Below the pieces are notes generated by a model. It was not told where the DNA came from and ran no database searches. It worked only from the letters and a program-made list of their open reading frames with translations. This document shows positions 1-8,970 of a stretch of DNA of 64,000 nucleotides, piece by piece. Origin of the DNA: Planctomycetota bacterium (GTDB taxonomy: Bacteria > Planctomycetota > UBA8108 > UBA1146); contig JAAZXB010000005.1 of assembly GCA_014240375.1 (NCBI GenBank), forward strand, positions 64,297 through 128,296. The letters are read 5' to 3'. How positions within the stretch are numbered: the stretch's first letter is position 1; the number at the start of each line of letters is the position of its first letter. The translations under genes and the position numbers were made by a program.

Positions 1-300
1 CACTGGTGACGTCGGTCTACAGCGATTCAGAAGCCTGGACCTTTGACCTGCTGCAACGGTGTGGTTCCTGGAGTGGACGCTTTTATCTGGCCTCGGAAAA
101 GATGGCGAGCCAGGCACCAGGATCGGGAGTCGCATTACCCCAGTCGCTTCATGGGGGACCCGGAAGGGCTGGTGGTGGCGAGGAGCTGGGTGGCATCCGG
201 GCGCTCGATCTGTATACCCAACGAGTCGCCCTGCAAGGAACTCGGCGCTCGGTCGAGCGCTTCATCGGCGATCGCTAGATCACCACTGGAGATGAAGATA

Positions 301-343
301 GCCCGTACCCCATCCAGCGGAGGGGGTACGGGCTACTATTTTC
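301..343. terminator. GC-rich inverted repeat (gcccgtacccc / gggggtacgggc) with U-rich flanks on both strands. Candidate bidirectional rho-independent terminator downstream of fusA.
   Basis: Perfect 11-12 bp stem at 301-311/322-333 with a 10-nt loop. T-rich run follows on + (338-343) and a U-rich stretch on - (300-288). Lies immediately 3' of the fusA stop at 384-386. Confidence 0.5.
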
Positions 344-383
344 GCGGATCTGTTTCATGAATCGCGAGACTCAGGCTCGGGGG

Positions 384-2468
384 TTACTTCTTCGCTTCAC
401 GCTCGGCTCGATACTTTGCCACCAGCTCCTCCTGGACATCGCGCGGTGCTGACGCATATCGATTGAACTCCATCGTGAACTCCGCCTTGCCCTGAGTCAC
501 GGAGCGAAGTGCAGTGGCGTATCCGAACATCTCTGCGAGGGGGACGTCGGCATCGATGCGGACGAATCCTTCCTCGTCCACCGTGCCGTTGAGGACCCCT
601 CGTCTCTGGAGAAGGGTGCCGACCATATCTCCCTGGAACTCGGTCGGCCCTTCCAGGCTGACCGTCATCAGGGGTTCGAGAACTTCCGGTTTCCCGGCCT
701 TGTAATACTCCCTGAAGCAGCCCTTGGCCGCCGCCTGGAACGCCATGTCAGACGAGTCCACTGCGTGGTATCCACCATCGGTCAAGGTCACCTGCAGGCC
801 GTCGATCGGTGCACCGATCAACATTCCCTTGTCGAGACTCTGAGAGAAACCTTTCTTGACCGATGGGATGTACTCCCTCGGGACATTTCCTCCCGCGACC
901 TTGCTCTCGAAGTCGTATTCGCCGTTTTCGCCGGGAGCCATGGTTCCGATGATTCGGCCAAACTGACCCGATCCACCGGTTTGCTTCTTGTGGGTGTAGT
1001 CAAACTCGACTGCTCGAGTGATCCGCTCCCGGAAGGCGACCTTGGGCGCTCCGACCTCCACCTCAGCCTTGAACTCGCGCTTCATTCTTTCGACATATAC
1101 CTCGAGGTGGAGTTCTCCCATGCCGGAGATGATGGTCTCACTACTCGCGGGATCGAAAGCGACGCGGAAGGTCGGATCTTCCTTGGTGAATCGCTGCAAC
1201 GCCTTGGACATGTTGTCGGTGGCTTTGCGATCGATAGGCTTCACTGAGAGGCTGATCACCGGTTCCGCTACGTGCATCGATGAGAGCACGAGATTCATCT
1301 TTTCGGAACGGAACGTGTCACCCGAGGCACAGTCGATTCCAAACAGTGCGACGATATCTCCCGAGCTAGCACGGTCGATTTCATCCATGTTGTCCGAGTG
1401 CATCCGCACGATCCGGCCCAGTTTCACCTTCTTACCGGTTCGTGCATTGTAGACGAAATCGCCCTTGACCAGTTCACCCTGGTAAACGCGGACGTAGGTC
1501 AACTGACCGTAGGCTCCGTCTTCCAGCTTGAATGCGTAACAGAGCAGTTCGTCATCGTTGTTGTTGGTGACGGGATACTGCTCCTCCTCATTCTCTGGAT
1601 TCAAGGCGATGTTTTCGACATCAGTGGGGCATGGCAAGAAGGAGTTGACCGCATCCATGAGTGGCTGGACGCCCTTGTTCTTGTAGGCGGAGCCGCAGAA
1701 GACCGGGCAGAGATCGAGGGAGATGACTCCATTGCGGGTGGCCTCAATGATCAGTTCTTCAGTGACTTCGTCGGCCAGCATCGCTTCCATCAACTCGTCC
1801 GAGAACATCGACACTGCGTCGAGTAGAATCTCGCGGCGGTGACCGGCTTCCTCCTTCATCTCAGCAGGAATTTCTGCGATGCGAACGACCTCGCCGTTGT
1901 CTCCCTCGAAGTACATCGCCTTCATCTGGATCAGGTCGACCACTCCTAGATGGTCATTCTCCAGACCGATGGGGAGCTGGAACATGATCGAGTTGAGTCG
2001 CAGCTTTTCTCGCAACTGGTCACAGACCTTGATCGGATCTGCACCGGTTCTGTCGCACTTGTTGATGAAGGCGAGACGAGGGACATTGTAACGACGCATC
2101 TGGCGATCGACGGTGATCGATTGGCTCTGCACGCCAGAGACGGCGCACAGCACCAGGATGGCTCCGTCGAGTACTCGCAGCGCTCTTTCCACTTCCACGG
2201 TGAAATCGACGTGACCCGGTGTATCGATGATGTTGACGTGATTGTCACCCCACTTGAGATAGGTCGCTGCGGATTGGATGGTGATTCCGCGCTCGCGCTC
2301 AAGTTCCATCGAGTCCATCGTGGCTCCGACACCGTCTTTTCCTCGGACCTCATGAATCGTATGGATTCGATCGGTATAGAACAGGATCCGCTCGGTGAGG
2401 GTCGTCTTACCGCTGTCGATGTGTGCACTGATGCCGATGTTGCGCATCATCTGAATATCTTGGCTCAT
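384..2468 (-). CDS. fusA: Translation elongation factor G (EF-G family GTPase, likely an EF-G2-type paralog)
   Basis: 694 aa. G1 motif [22 protein letters not shown], and EF-G domains II-V conserved throughout. TAA stop. Confidence 0.9.
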   Translation of the reverse strand: MSQDIQMMRNIGISAHIDSGKTTLTERILFYTDRIHTIHEVRGKDGVGATMDSMELERERGITIQSAATYLKWGDNHVNIIDTPGHVDFTVEVERALRVLDGAILVLCAVSGVQSQSITVDRQMRRYNVPRLAFINKCDRTGADPIKVCDQLREKLRLNSIMFQLPIGLENDHLGVVDLIQMKAMYFEGDNGEVVRIAEIPAEMKEEAGHRREILLDAVSMFSDELMEAMLADEVTEELIIEATRNGVISLDLCPVFCGSAYKNKGVQPLMDAVNSFLPCPTDVENIALNPENEEEQYPVTNNNDDELLCYAFKLEDGAYGQLTYVRVYQGELVKGDFVYNARTGKKVKLGRIVRMHSDNMDEIDRASSGDIVALFGIDCASGDTFRSEKMNLVLSSMHVAEPVISLSVKPIDRKATDNMSKALQRFTKEDPTFRVAFDPASSETIISGMGELHLEVYVERMKREFKAEVEVGAPKVAFRERITRAVEFDYTHKKQTGGSGQFGRIIGTMAPGENGEYDFESKVAGGNVPREYIPSVKKGFSQSLDKGMLIGAPIDGLQVTLTDGGYHAVDSSDMAFQAAAKGCFREYYKAGKPEVLEPLMTVSLEGPTEFQGDMVGTLLQRRGVLNGTVDEEGFVRIDADVPLAEMFGYATALRSVTQGKAEFTMEFNRYASAPRDVQEELVAKYRAEREAKK

Positions 2469-2703
2469 TTCAATTCTCCTCGGGACCGGGTCCCGCTTCT
2501 GTCTGGCTCAATCGTTCCCGGCAGTGATGCCGGAGGGGGGGGTGACTCGTAGTGCGAATCACGAACCACGAGGATATCGTTGAGGTGCCTCTCTGGGGAC
2601 AGATTCTGATGGGTTTGATCGATGGTTTTCGGGTTCGGTTAGAATCGGTCAGGGGCGATCCAAAGGTAAGCCATAACTGCGGTTGCGGCCTCGGTGGGGC
2701 AAT

Positions 2704-3066
2704 TCAACTGGGATCTGAGGTGGCTGCAATCGGCCATTGGTCCCTGGGGAGGACGTTTTTGCCGTCCTTTTTCCCCTGGTAGCGTAATCGAGCAAGCGGC
2801 TTGTCGGCGAGGATCGGCCCCTCCAGAAGCGGTTCGACATCCTCCGAAGTGACCGTGCAATACCACTCTCCCGACGGCTCGATCGCCACCATCGGGCCAT
2901 GACCGCACTGCGCCAGACAGCCGGATTTGACCACTCGAATCTGATCTTGAATTCCCAGTTGGACCACCTTCTGGCGGAAAGCGGCACACAGATCGAGTGA
3001 CCCCTGCTGTGGGCAACTCTTGCCATGAACACAGATCAAAACCAATTGCTGATAGGGACGAGTCAT
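2704..3066 (-). CDS. Thioredoxin-like [2Fe-2S] ferredoxin
   Basis: 120 aa from ATG at 3066. Cys pattern C-x4-C ... C-x3-C (ICVHGKSC ... CLAQCGHGP) typical of the thioredoxin-like ferredoxin family. Directly downstream of, and co-oriented with, the 3071..4702 gene. Confidence 0.6.
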   Translation of the reverse strand: MTRPYQQLVLICVHGKSCPQQGSLDLCAAFRQKVVQLGIQDQIRVVKSGCLAQCGHGPMVAIEPSGEWYCTVTSEDVEPLLEGPILADKPLARLRYQGKKDGKNVLPRDQWPIAATSDPS

Positions 3067-3070
3067 CGAG

Positions 3071-4702
3071 TCATTCCGCGTTGTGCAAGAGGCGAGTGAT
3101 GATGGAGCGGAACAACCCTTCATCCCAGAACATCGGATCGATCATCTCCCACTGCAGAAGTCCCTCGTCATCGATGGCCAGTAACAGAGTCCCTCCGTGA
3201 GATCCAAGGTGCCGCTCGACCACTCCAGCTTCGATCCCCGGCTGAACTCCGAATGACCAGCCGAGTTGATTTTCCAGGGCGATTGCGGTCATTGAGGCCG
3301 CTTCTGTGTCGGCACGGGTATCGCGCAGGACGGAACTGATCCAGACGACCCTGAGGCCCGCCGCGGAGTACTCGATCTCCAGTTTCTTCAGCAAACTGAT
3401 GAAGCGAGATTGGCGGTTGGTCGCACGACTCGAATCACAGAAGAGACGCAGTTCCACTTTCTTCCCTGGATCCTTTTCTGGAGGTGCTTGAATCCAGGTC
3501 AATCCAGCGAGAGAGGGTGCAGGTTTTCCGTGCAGGACATCGATACGATGTGACATCGGTAGAGATTGGAAATCGAGGTAAGTCTTGGTCGCCATCGAGA
3601 TGGTTTCGCCGGAGTTGATCCGCTCGGAGAGTTTCTCATTGTAGGAGAGCAACGCCTGAAGAGCCGCCTCCTTCTCTCCCATCGCCAACTGGTAAAATCC
3701 CTCGTAAAAACCGGCTCGGTCCGCCATCAAGCGGAAGTCTGACTCCTTGCCCGCTGGGATCTGCCACTTCTGATCGGAATCGGGCAGGGAGATCTCTCCG
3801 CCGAGGGATCCCGCCTCCAGCACCGGCCCCCAGAGGCGCCACAAGTCGCGCCCCTGACGAAGGATGCCCAGATGGCGATGAGCCTTGTGGGTGAAGTAGA
3901 CCAGGTGTGGCAGAAACTGTGTTCTGGGATGATCCTTGAGGGCCAGTATTCCCGCAGTCATCATCTCACGGTATCTCTCGGCAATCTCCAGCGCTTCGAT
4001 TTGTTTGATGCGAATCTCGTCAGCATCTTCGAGGGAAGTGTCGAGTTGTAAGGCTCTGCCGAATGCGTCGGCGGATTTTGAAGCGCTTCTAGACTTCAAC
4101 AGGCAATCTCCGAGGATCACCTCCGCTCGGCAACGAAGTGCCGGTGAGATCTTGCTAGCGAGAGCTCTCTCGATGTTTCGCACCACCTCGTCGAGGTAGA
4201 TGAGTTGCTCGTCGAGGCGCTGTTGCGCGGTCATCGGAGCACCAAAGATCTTGGCTTCTTCATTCAATTCACCGAGGTGTCGATCGACATTGAGAATCAG
4301 CATCCGGCCCAGGTCGCAGGCGACGGTCGGGAATCCGCGGCTATCGGCGTGGTTGGCGATGTACTTTCGTCCTGCAGCGATGCCCTCATCGAGGATCAAG
4401 AAAATCCCAGGGAGATCATCGCGAGTCAGGGTCCGAGGATCGGGAATCGATTGCAACTTGGCGGTGACCAGAGCCGCCAGTTCCTCGGCAGATGCACTCT
4501 CCTGAGAGTCGTCGGAGTGAGGAGCGGTGTCCTCGGTGGTGGCTGGATCCTGGCCGTGAAGGAGAGACGACGGCACTTGAAAGGCACAGCAGGCCATCAG
4601 ACAGCAGGCCAGCAGGATGACCGCGCCGATCGCGCTACGACCCACGGTGACAGGTAGAGGGGGTTCAGTGAGGGGAGTTCCGAAGAGTCGGGAGAAGTCC
4701 AT
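3071..4702 (-). CDS. Membrane-anchored protein with a C-terminal TlpA-like thioredoxin-fold domain carrying CxxS (LFCDSSRA) in place of WCGPCR
   Basis: ORF is open to 4972, but the first 90 codons are low-complexity. ATG at 4702 is preceded by a GAAGG Shine-Dalgarno (ribosome-binding) sequence and followed by a TM segment (AIGAVILLACCLMACCAF). C-terminus aligns to the TlpA pattern GKPAP...L.G..W.....VEL.LFCDSS. Confidence 0.45.
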   Translation of the reverse strand: MDFSRLFGTPLTEPPLPVTVGRSAIGAVILLACCLMACCAFQVPSSLLHGQDPATTEDTAPHSDDSQESASAEELAALVTAKLQSIPDPRTLTRDDLPGIFLILDEGIAAGRKYIANHADSRGFPTVACDLGRMLILNVDRHLGELNEEAKIFGAPMTAQQRLDEQLIYLDEVVRNIERALASKISPALRCRAEVILGDCLLKSRSASKSADAFGRALQLDTSLEDADEIRIKQIEALEIAERYREMMTAGILALKDHPRTQFLPHLVYFTHKAHRHLGILRQGRDLWRLWGPVLEAGSLGGEISLPDSDQKWQIPAGKESDFRLMADRAGFYEGFYQLAMGEKEAALQALLSYNEKLSERINSGETISMATKTYLDFQSLPMSHRIDVLHGKPAPSLAGLTWIQAPPEKDPGKKVELRLFCDSSRATNRQSRFISLLKKLEIEYSAAGLRVVWISSVLRDTRADTEAASMTAIALENQLGWSFGVQPGIEAGVVERHLGSHGGTLLLAIDDEGLLQWEMIDPMFWDEGLFRSIITRLLHNAE

Positions 4703-5102
4703 TTCATAGCCTTCCAGCTGGGCAGAGCAGGGGTTGCAAAGAGGGGCCTTCGCCACCGGAGAATGGGATTCACGATCTCGGGTCGGTTCCCCTGCAAAGG
4801 GTATCACATCGGCAGGTTTGTTCGGAACCGGACCTTTGTAGGGAGAAATATCGAATCGAGCCGGCAGGTCCGGCTGAAGGAATCGTCCCCTGATGGTAAG
4901 ATATTTGCTGAAGAGACCTCTCACTGAGCCGTTGAAAAAACCTGGAGATCGAGGAGGAACAGCCCCCCTCACCTGGTGAGATGGCAGAAGCAGTGGAGGG
5001 TCGGGAGCGGTTCAGAGCTTCCAGTCTGCCAGACGCTGGATCGACCGCTTGACTTTCTGGGGCGGGATGATCTGGCCCCAGATGAATGGAGAGGAACGGA
5101 TC

Positions 5103-5882
5103 ATGGTCACTTTCCTGGTCTCAGGATTATTCTTGATTCAATTGTCGATCTCGGGGCAGGAGGCCCCTGGGCAGAGCCCTGCACCGGTTGAGCAACAGGC
5201 GGACTCGCCCGAAAGTGCCATCACCTCACCGATCACCCTGATCGGAAAGGAAGCACCGGAGTTGATCCTTTCCGATCTCTCGGGCAAGAGTTTTGACCTC
5301 TCCAGCCTGTCCGATCAGATCGTGGTGATGGAGTGGACCCTGCCAGAATGTCGTTTCAACCGCCGCATCTATGCTCAACACAAGATGATTCCGATGATGC
5401 GCCGCTGGGGCAAGCAGGGCGTCCGGTGGGTCAGTGTCAATTCGGCATTTTTTGCCCATCCGGCCAAGGTCCAGTCCTGGATCGACAAGTACAAGATCCA
5501 AAATCCCTACCTGTTCGATCCTACGGGGAGCTGTGCCGAGGCGTTCGGAGTCAAGAATAGCCCGACCTATCTGGTGCTGGATCGGGGAAAAATCGTCTAC
5601 CACGGTGCGCTCGACGATGACGTCTGGGGCTCAAAAACGGATCGGAAGCAATATCTCGATCAGGCGATCGGTCAGGTGGTCGAAGGAGTCGCGGTAGCCA
5701 ATCCGTTGACTCGCACCTATGGCATGGAGATTCGAACGCGCAGGACCGAGGATCTACGCCGCGCTGCCCTGAAGAAGATGCGTGAAGAAGCCCTCGAGCG
5801 TGAAGCGAATCCAGCTACCCCACCCGCAGAAGGTACCCCGCCCGCAGAAGTCGAGTCTTCCGAGGAGGATGGCCGCGAGTAA
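5103..5882 (+). CDS. Secreted TlpA/redoxin-like thiol-disulfide oxidoreductase homolog with a TxxC motif (WTLPEC)
   Basis: GGAGAGGAAC Shine-Dalgarno sequence then ATG at 5103. Hydrophobic signal segment. TlpA signature GKEAPE...LSGKSFDLSSL...VVMEWTLPECR...PTYLVLDRGKIVY. Confidence 0.6.
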   Translation: MVTFLVSGLFLIQLSISGQEAPGQSPAPVEQQADSPESAITSPITLIGKEAPELILSDLSGKSFDLSSLSDQIVVMEWTLPECRFNRRIYAQHKMIPMMRRWGKQGVRWVSVNSAFFAHPAKVQSWIDKYKIQNPYLFDPTGSCAEAFGVKNSPTYLVLDRGKIVYHGALDDDVWGSKTDRKQYLDQAIGQVVEGVAVANPLTRTYGMEIRTRRTEDLRRAALKKMREEALEREANPATPPAEGTPPAEVESSEEDGRE

Positions 5883-5883
5883 C

Positions 5884-6100
5884 TTTGGCTGCAGTGTTAT
5901 TGGCTGCCGTGTTCTTGGCTGCAATGACCTTGGCTGCCGTGTTTTTGGCTGCGAGTAACTTTGGCTGCGAGTAACTTTGGCTGCGAGTGTTTTTGGCCGC
6001 GAGTAACTTTGGCTGCAGTGTTTTTGGCCGCGAGTAACTTTGGCTGCAGTGTTTTTGGCTGCAGTGTTTTTGGCTGCAGTGACTTCTTGTGCCAGCCTCT
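5884..6100. repeat. About 14 tandem copies of a 15-bp unit (GGCTGCAGTGTTTTT, with variants GGCYGCGAGTAACTT and GGCTGCCGTGTTCTT)
   Basis: Periodicity of 15 visible directly. Sits between the redoxin stop (5882) and the mraY-like start (6203). Would encode LAAVF/AAKNT pentapeptides if translated. Confidence 0.8.
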
Positions 6101-6202
6101 CTCTCCGGGAAAATTCTAGCCGCTTCCACATCTTGTCCGAGGCCGCTATCCTGCTGCCGGGATTCACGCTCAAGGTAGCGGAGTTCGGGGGGGACTGGAT
6201 CA

Positions 6203-7300
6203 GTGCTGTACTGGGTCGGGCAACAATTCGAAAGCCTCTGGGGACCGATGCGCTTGCTCCAGTCGCATCTGGTGCTCTGCACCCTGGGTGCGATGTTTGC
6301 GGCGGTCGGGTCCTTTTTCGTGCTACGCCGTTGGGCGGGTACTCTACCGCTCGATCGTGGTCGAGAGCATGCCGCCCAGGCGACGGAGGCGATCGGGAAA
6401 CCGACCGGTGCTGGCGCTCTGTTCATCCCCGTCACCGTCCTGGTGGCCTTGCTGGTGAGCCCATGGGACCCCTTCCGCGCGGTGATCTTACTCTGCGTGC
6501 TGCTGGCGATGGGGGCCGGGTATCTCGATGATCGATCTCCCAATTCTTGGGGAAGGGTGCGCAAGGGCCTGATCGATCTGGCGATCTCGATGGTCGTTGC
6601 CTGGGCGATGATCGGTGGAGAATCGTCGATCGAGATCTGGTTGCCCTTCTTCGCCCCGAAGATGGGGCCGGAAGCGCTGCTCGATGGAACCACCGGGATG
6701 CTGGCGCCGATCTTGTGTCAGCCGTGGCAGTACGGAGTGATGGCCACCCTGCTGCTGTGGTTCACCATCAATAGCACCAACTGTTCCGATGGAGTCGATG
6801 GACTCTCGGGGAGTTTGCTCTCACTGGCCCTGCTAGGACTGGGTGGGGTTCTCTACGGCGTGGTCGGGCACATCGACTCGGCGCATTACCTGCTCGTTCC
6901 CTTCTACGAGGATGGAGCCAGTTGGGCGGTGGTGGTCGCCACCACTCTCGGGACGCTGGCGGCCTACCTCTGGTTCAATGCTCATCCATCTCAGTTGATG
7001 ATGGGAGATGCGGGCTCTCGAGCGCTGGGATTGTTGCTGGGAGTGTTCGTGCTGGCGACGGGGAATCCGTTTCTACTGCTGGTGGTGGCGCTACTGCTCC
7101 TCGCCAATGGAGGCACCGGTCTGTTCAAGATCGGGTTCATCAAGTACCTCAAACTAGACCTCATCCGCATCCGCTGCCCGCTGCACGATCACTTCCTCAA
7201 GAATTGTGGTTGGTCGAGCACCCAGGTGCTGGTCAGGTTTGTCATCCTGCAGGCGGTGTTGGCACCCTTGCTGATCGTGATCCTGCTCAAGGTGCGCTGA
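6203..7300 (+). CDS. mraY: Phospho-N-acetylmuramoyl-pentapeptide transferase-like polyprenyl-phosphate sugar-phosphate transferase (MraY/WecA GT4 family)
   Basis: 365 aa polytopic protein. NSTNCSDGVDGL (N-x-x-N-x-x-DGxDGL), MGDAGSRALG, and C-terminal HDHF..GWS...V.RF all match MraY. GTG start. Not embedded in a visible dcw cluster. Confidence 0.6.
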   Translation: MLYWVGQQFESLWGPMRLLQSHLVLCTLGAMFAAVGSFFVLRRWAGTLPLDRGREHAAQATEAIGKPTGAGALFIPVTVLVALLVSPWDPFRAVILLCVLLAMGAGYLDDRSPNSWGRVRKGLIDLAISMVVAWAMIGGESSIEIWLPFFAPKMGPEALLDGTTGMLAPILCQPWQYGVMATLLLWFTINSTNCSDGVDGLSGSLLSLALLGLGGVLYGVVGHIDSAHYLLVPFYEDGASWAVVVATTLGTLAAYLWFNAHPSQLMMGDAGSRALGLLLGVFVLATGNPFLLLVVALLLLANGGTGLFKIGFIKYLKLDLIRIRCPLHDHFLKNCGWSSTQVLVRFVILQAVLAPLLIVILLKVR

Positions 7301-7512
7301 CCAAGGGGATGGGACCGGTGCCACGGCAGAAACGGTTGGCTGGCGGCTGGTGAGTTCGGTCGCACTGTTGTTGCTGGAACTTCACATCGATCGCTTTTTC
7401 CCTCAGCAGAGAGAGCCCTGGCAAGCGGCGGAAGCGCGATCCTCACCGTCCTCGCCCGTCGAGATCGCGACCTCCTTCTCTGGGATCAGGGACCCTGACC
7501 AGGCGCTGGGTG

Positions 7513-7632
7513 GAGCAAAAGGAACCAGAGCGTCAGAGTCCAGAGCGTCAGAGTCCAGAGCGTCAGAGTCCAGAGCGACAGAGTCCAGAGCGACAGAGTC
7601 CAGAGCGACAGAGTCCAGAGCGACAGAGTCCA
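7513..7632. repeat. Eight tandem copies of a 15-bp unit CAGAGCG(T/A)CAGAGTC
   Basis: Direct repeats in the intergenic region between the mraY-like gene and the 7775..8905 gene. The only ORFs across it are repeat-generated (SESRA/TESRA). Confidence 0.75.
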
Positions 7633-7774
7633 CCACGGCGTTGATGTGCGTGAATTGATTCGACCGGCAGGAATCCAGCCGCAGAAATCCAGCAGTTGTG
7701 GGCATCGGATGGAACTCTATCGGATGGGTTGAACATCCAGAAATATGCGGTTCAGCAGGGCGATTGGGGCTCGA

Positions 7775-8905
7775 TTAGCAGCCGGAGAGATCGCACTCCA
7801 GGCTATCGGCTGCGGTCGGATCTGCGCCGCAGCCACTCTGGAGATTGGGCTCGGGAATGCCGGGGGAGTTGGGAACAAACAGGCTCCCTAACAGGAATAT
7901 TGCATCGGCGACATTGACCCCACCATCGTCATTGATGTCGCCAGCATCTCTGCAGGAGAGGGGAGGCTCCCCGGGGACAAACAGGCTCCCTAACAGGAAT
8001 ACCGCATCGGCCACATTCACTCCCGTGTCGCTATTGCAATCGCCTCGGATGAACTCATCGCCGACCGGGCAGGGCACCGCCACCTCGATCAGGGCGAGGC
8101 CATTGATGTCGTGGTCGAAGGTTCCGAGGAAAGTTTCATCGCCGTTGACGTTTACCGTGTAGGCGGAACGAGCGGTATCCCCCTGCGCCCAGAGAAATGT
8201 ATCCTGGTCCGCCAGGTAGGACAGGCTGCGGATCGGTTCACTCGAGAGCTGAGCAGAGATGTTGATGTTGGTCGTATCGCAGCTGTTGGAGCCAGGCGCA
8301 GAGGAAGGTTCCTCAAAGCTGGCGGGCTCTCCCGTGACATATCCTCCCGAGGCGCGGAAGATGGCTCCGCCGGAGCCGAGGCTGAGACTGTCGCCGCCAT
8401 TACTGCCGGGGTACTGACACAGATCGGTGGGGCCGCCGGTGATGGTGCTCAACTCACACAAGTTTGAACTTCCGGTACTCAGTTGATTGGTGATGGCGCG
8501 AATCTCGCCAGCCGAGTTGAAATCAAGATCATTGAAGTCGAGTACGGTGAATCCGACGATGGCTAGCGTATCGTCGATGGGATTGTATTCCATCAGCCAG
8601 GGGAAGGGCGCCGGAGAGGGGGGAAGGGAGGTCAGCGTCAGCATGTACCAGTTGCCGCTGGTGGGGTGAACTGCAATTCCTCGAATCCCATCGATCTCGA
8701 TGGCTCCGGGAATCGACATGGCGAACTCCTCCTCGACCTCGAGGGTGAGAGGGTTGACCCGTCGCACCACATCGTCTTGATCGGAAACGGTCAGCCAGCG
8801 AGTTTCGAAGCAAATCTGGGCTTCGGTGCATGTCGGAGCCAGCGTCATCCACAAGGCGAGAAGAGAAAGCACACCCAGGATTCGACGTGGACAATTCCGT
8901 TGCAT
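7775..8905 (-). CDS. Secreted protein with a C-terminal pair of dockerin-like repeats and a Cys-rich tail
   Basis: Signal peptide MQRNCPRRILGVLSLLALWMTLAPTCTEAQ. C-terminal modules CNSDTGVNVADAVFLLGSLF and DINDDGGVNVADAIFLLGSLF, then GCGADPTAADSLECDLSGC. The roughly 48-bp repeat at 7868-7915 and 7978-8025 encodes the duplicated module. Confidence 0.6.
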   Translation of the reverse strand: MQRNCPRRILGVLSLLALWMTLAPTCTEAQICFETRWLTVSDQDDVVRRVNPLTLEVEEEFAMSIPGAIEIDGIRGIAVHPTSGNWYMLTLTSLPPSPAPFPWLMEYNPIDDTLAIVGFTVLDFNDLDFNSAGEIRAITNQLSTGSSNLCELSTITGGPTDLCQYPGSNGGDSLSLGSGGAIFRASGGYVTGEPASFEEPSSAPGSNSCDTTNINISAQLSSEPIRSLSYLADQDTFLWAQGDTARSAYTVNVNGDETFLGTFDHDINGLALIEVAVPCPVGDEFIRGDCNSDTGVNVADAVFLLGSLFVPGEPPLSCRDAGDINDDGGVNVADAIFLLGSLFVPNSPGIPEPNLQSGCGADPTAADSLECDLSGC

Positions 8906-8970
8906 GGCTCGCTCCTCTGATCACCGGCAAATGAAAGGGCCGATAACGGCACTTTCGCCTCCGATACTGA

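Noticed and set aside
6-278. Plus-strand ORF open from the window start (possible C-terminus of a gene beginning upstream)
   Set aside because: No recognisable family in the 90 residues, low complexity (G/A/R-rich). Cannot be separated from GC-driven shadow ORFs.
2747-2776. Stem-loop AGGACG-tttttgc-CGTCCT followed by TTTTT, resembling a rho-independent terminator
   Set aside because: It lies inside the 3' coding end of the ferredoxin ORF (2704..3066, minus strand), and on that strand it is not followed by a U-tract. Treated as a coding-sequence coincidence.
5884-7632. Possibility that the tandem arrays are CRISPR arrays
   Set aside because: Units are contiguous 13-15 bp direct repeats with no unique spacers, and no cas genes nearby. 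Microsatellite-like, not CRISPR.
7350-7705. ORFs 7350..7658 (+) and 7403..7705 (-) encoding SESRA/LDSVA repeats
   Set aside because: Generated entirely by the 15-bp tandem array. No start context and no non-repeat flanking domain.
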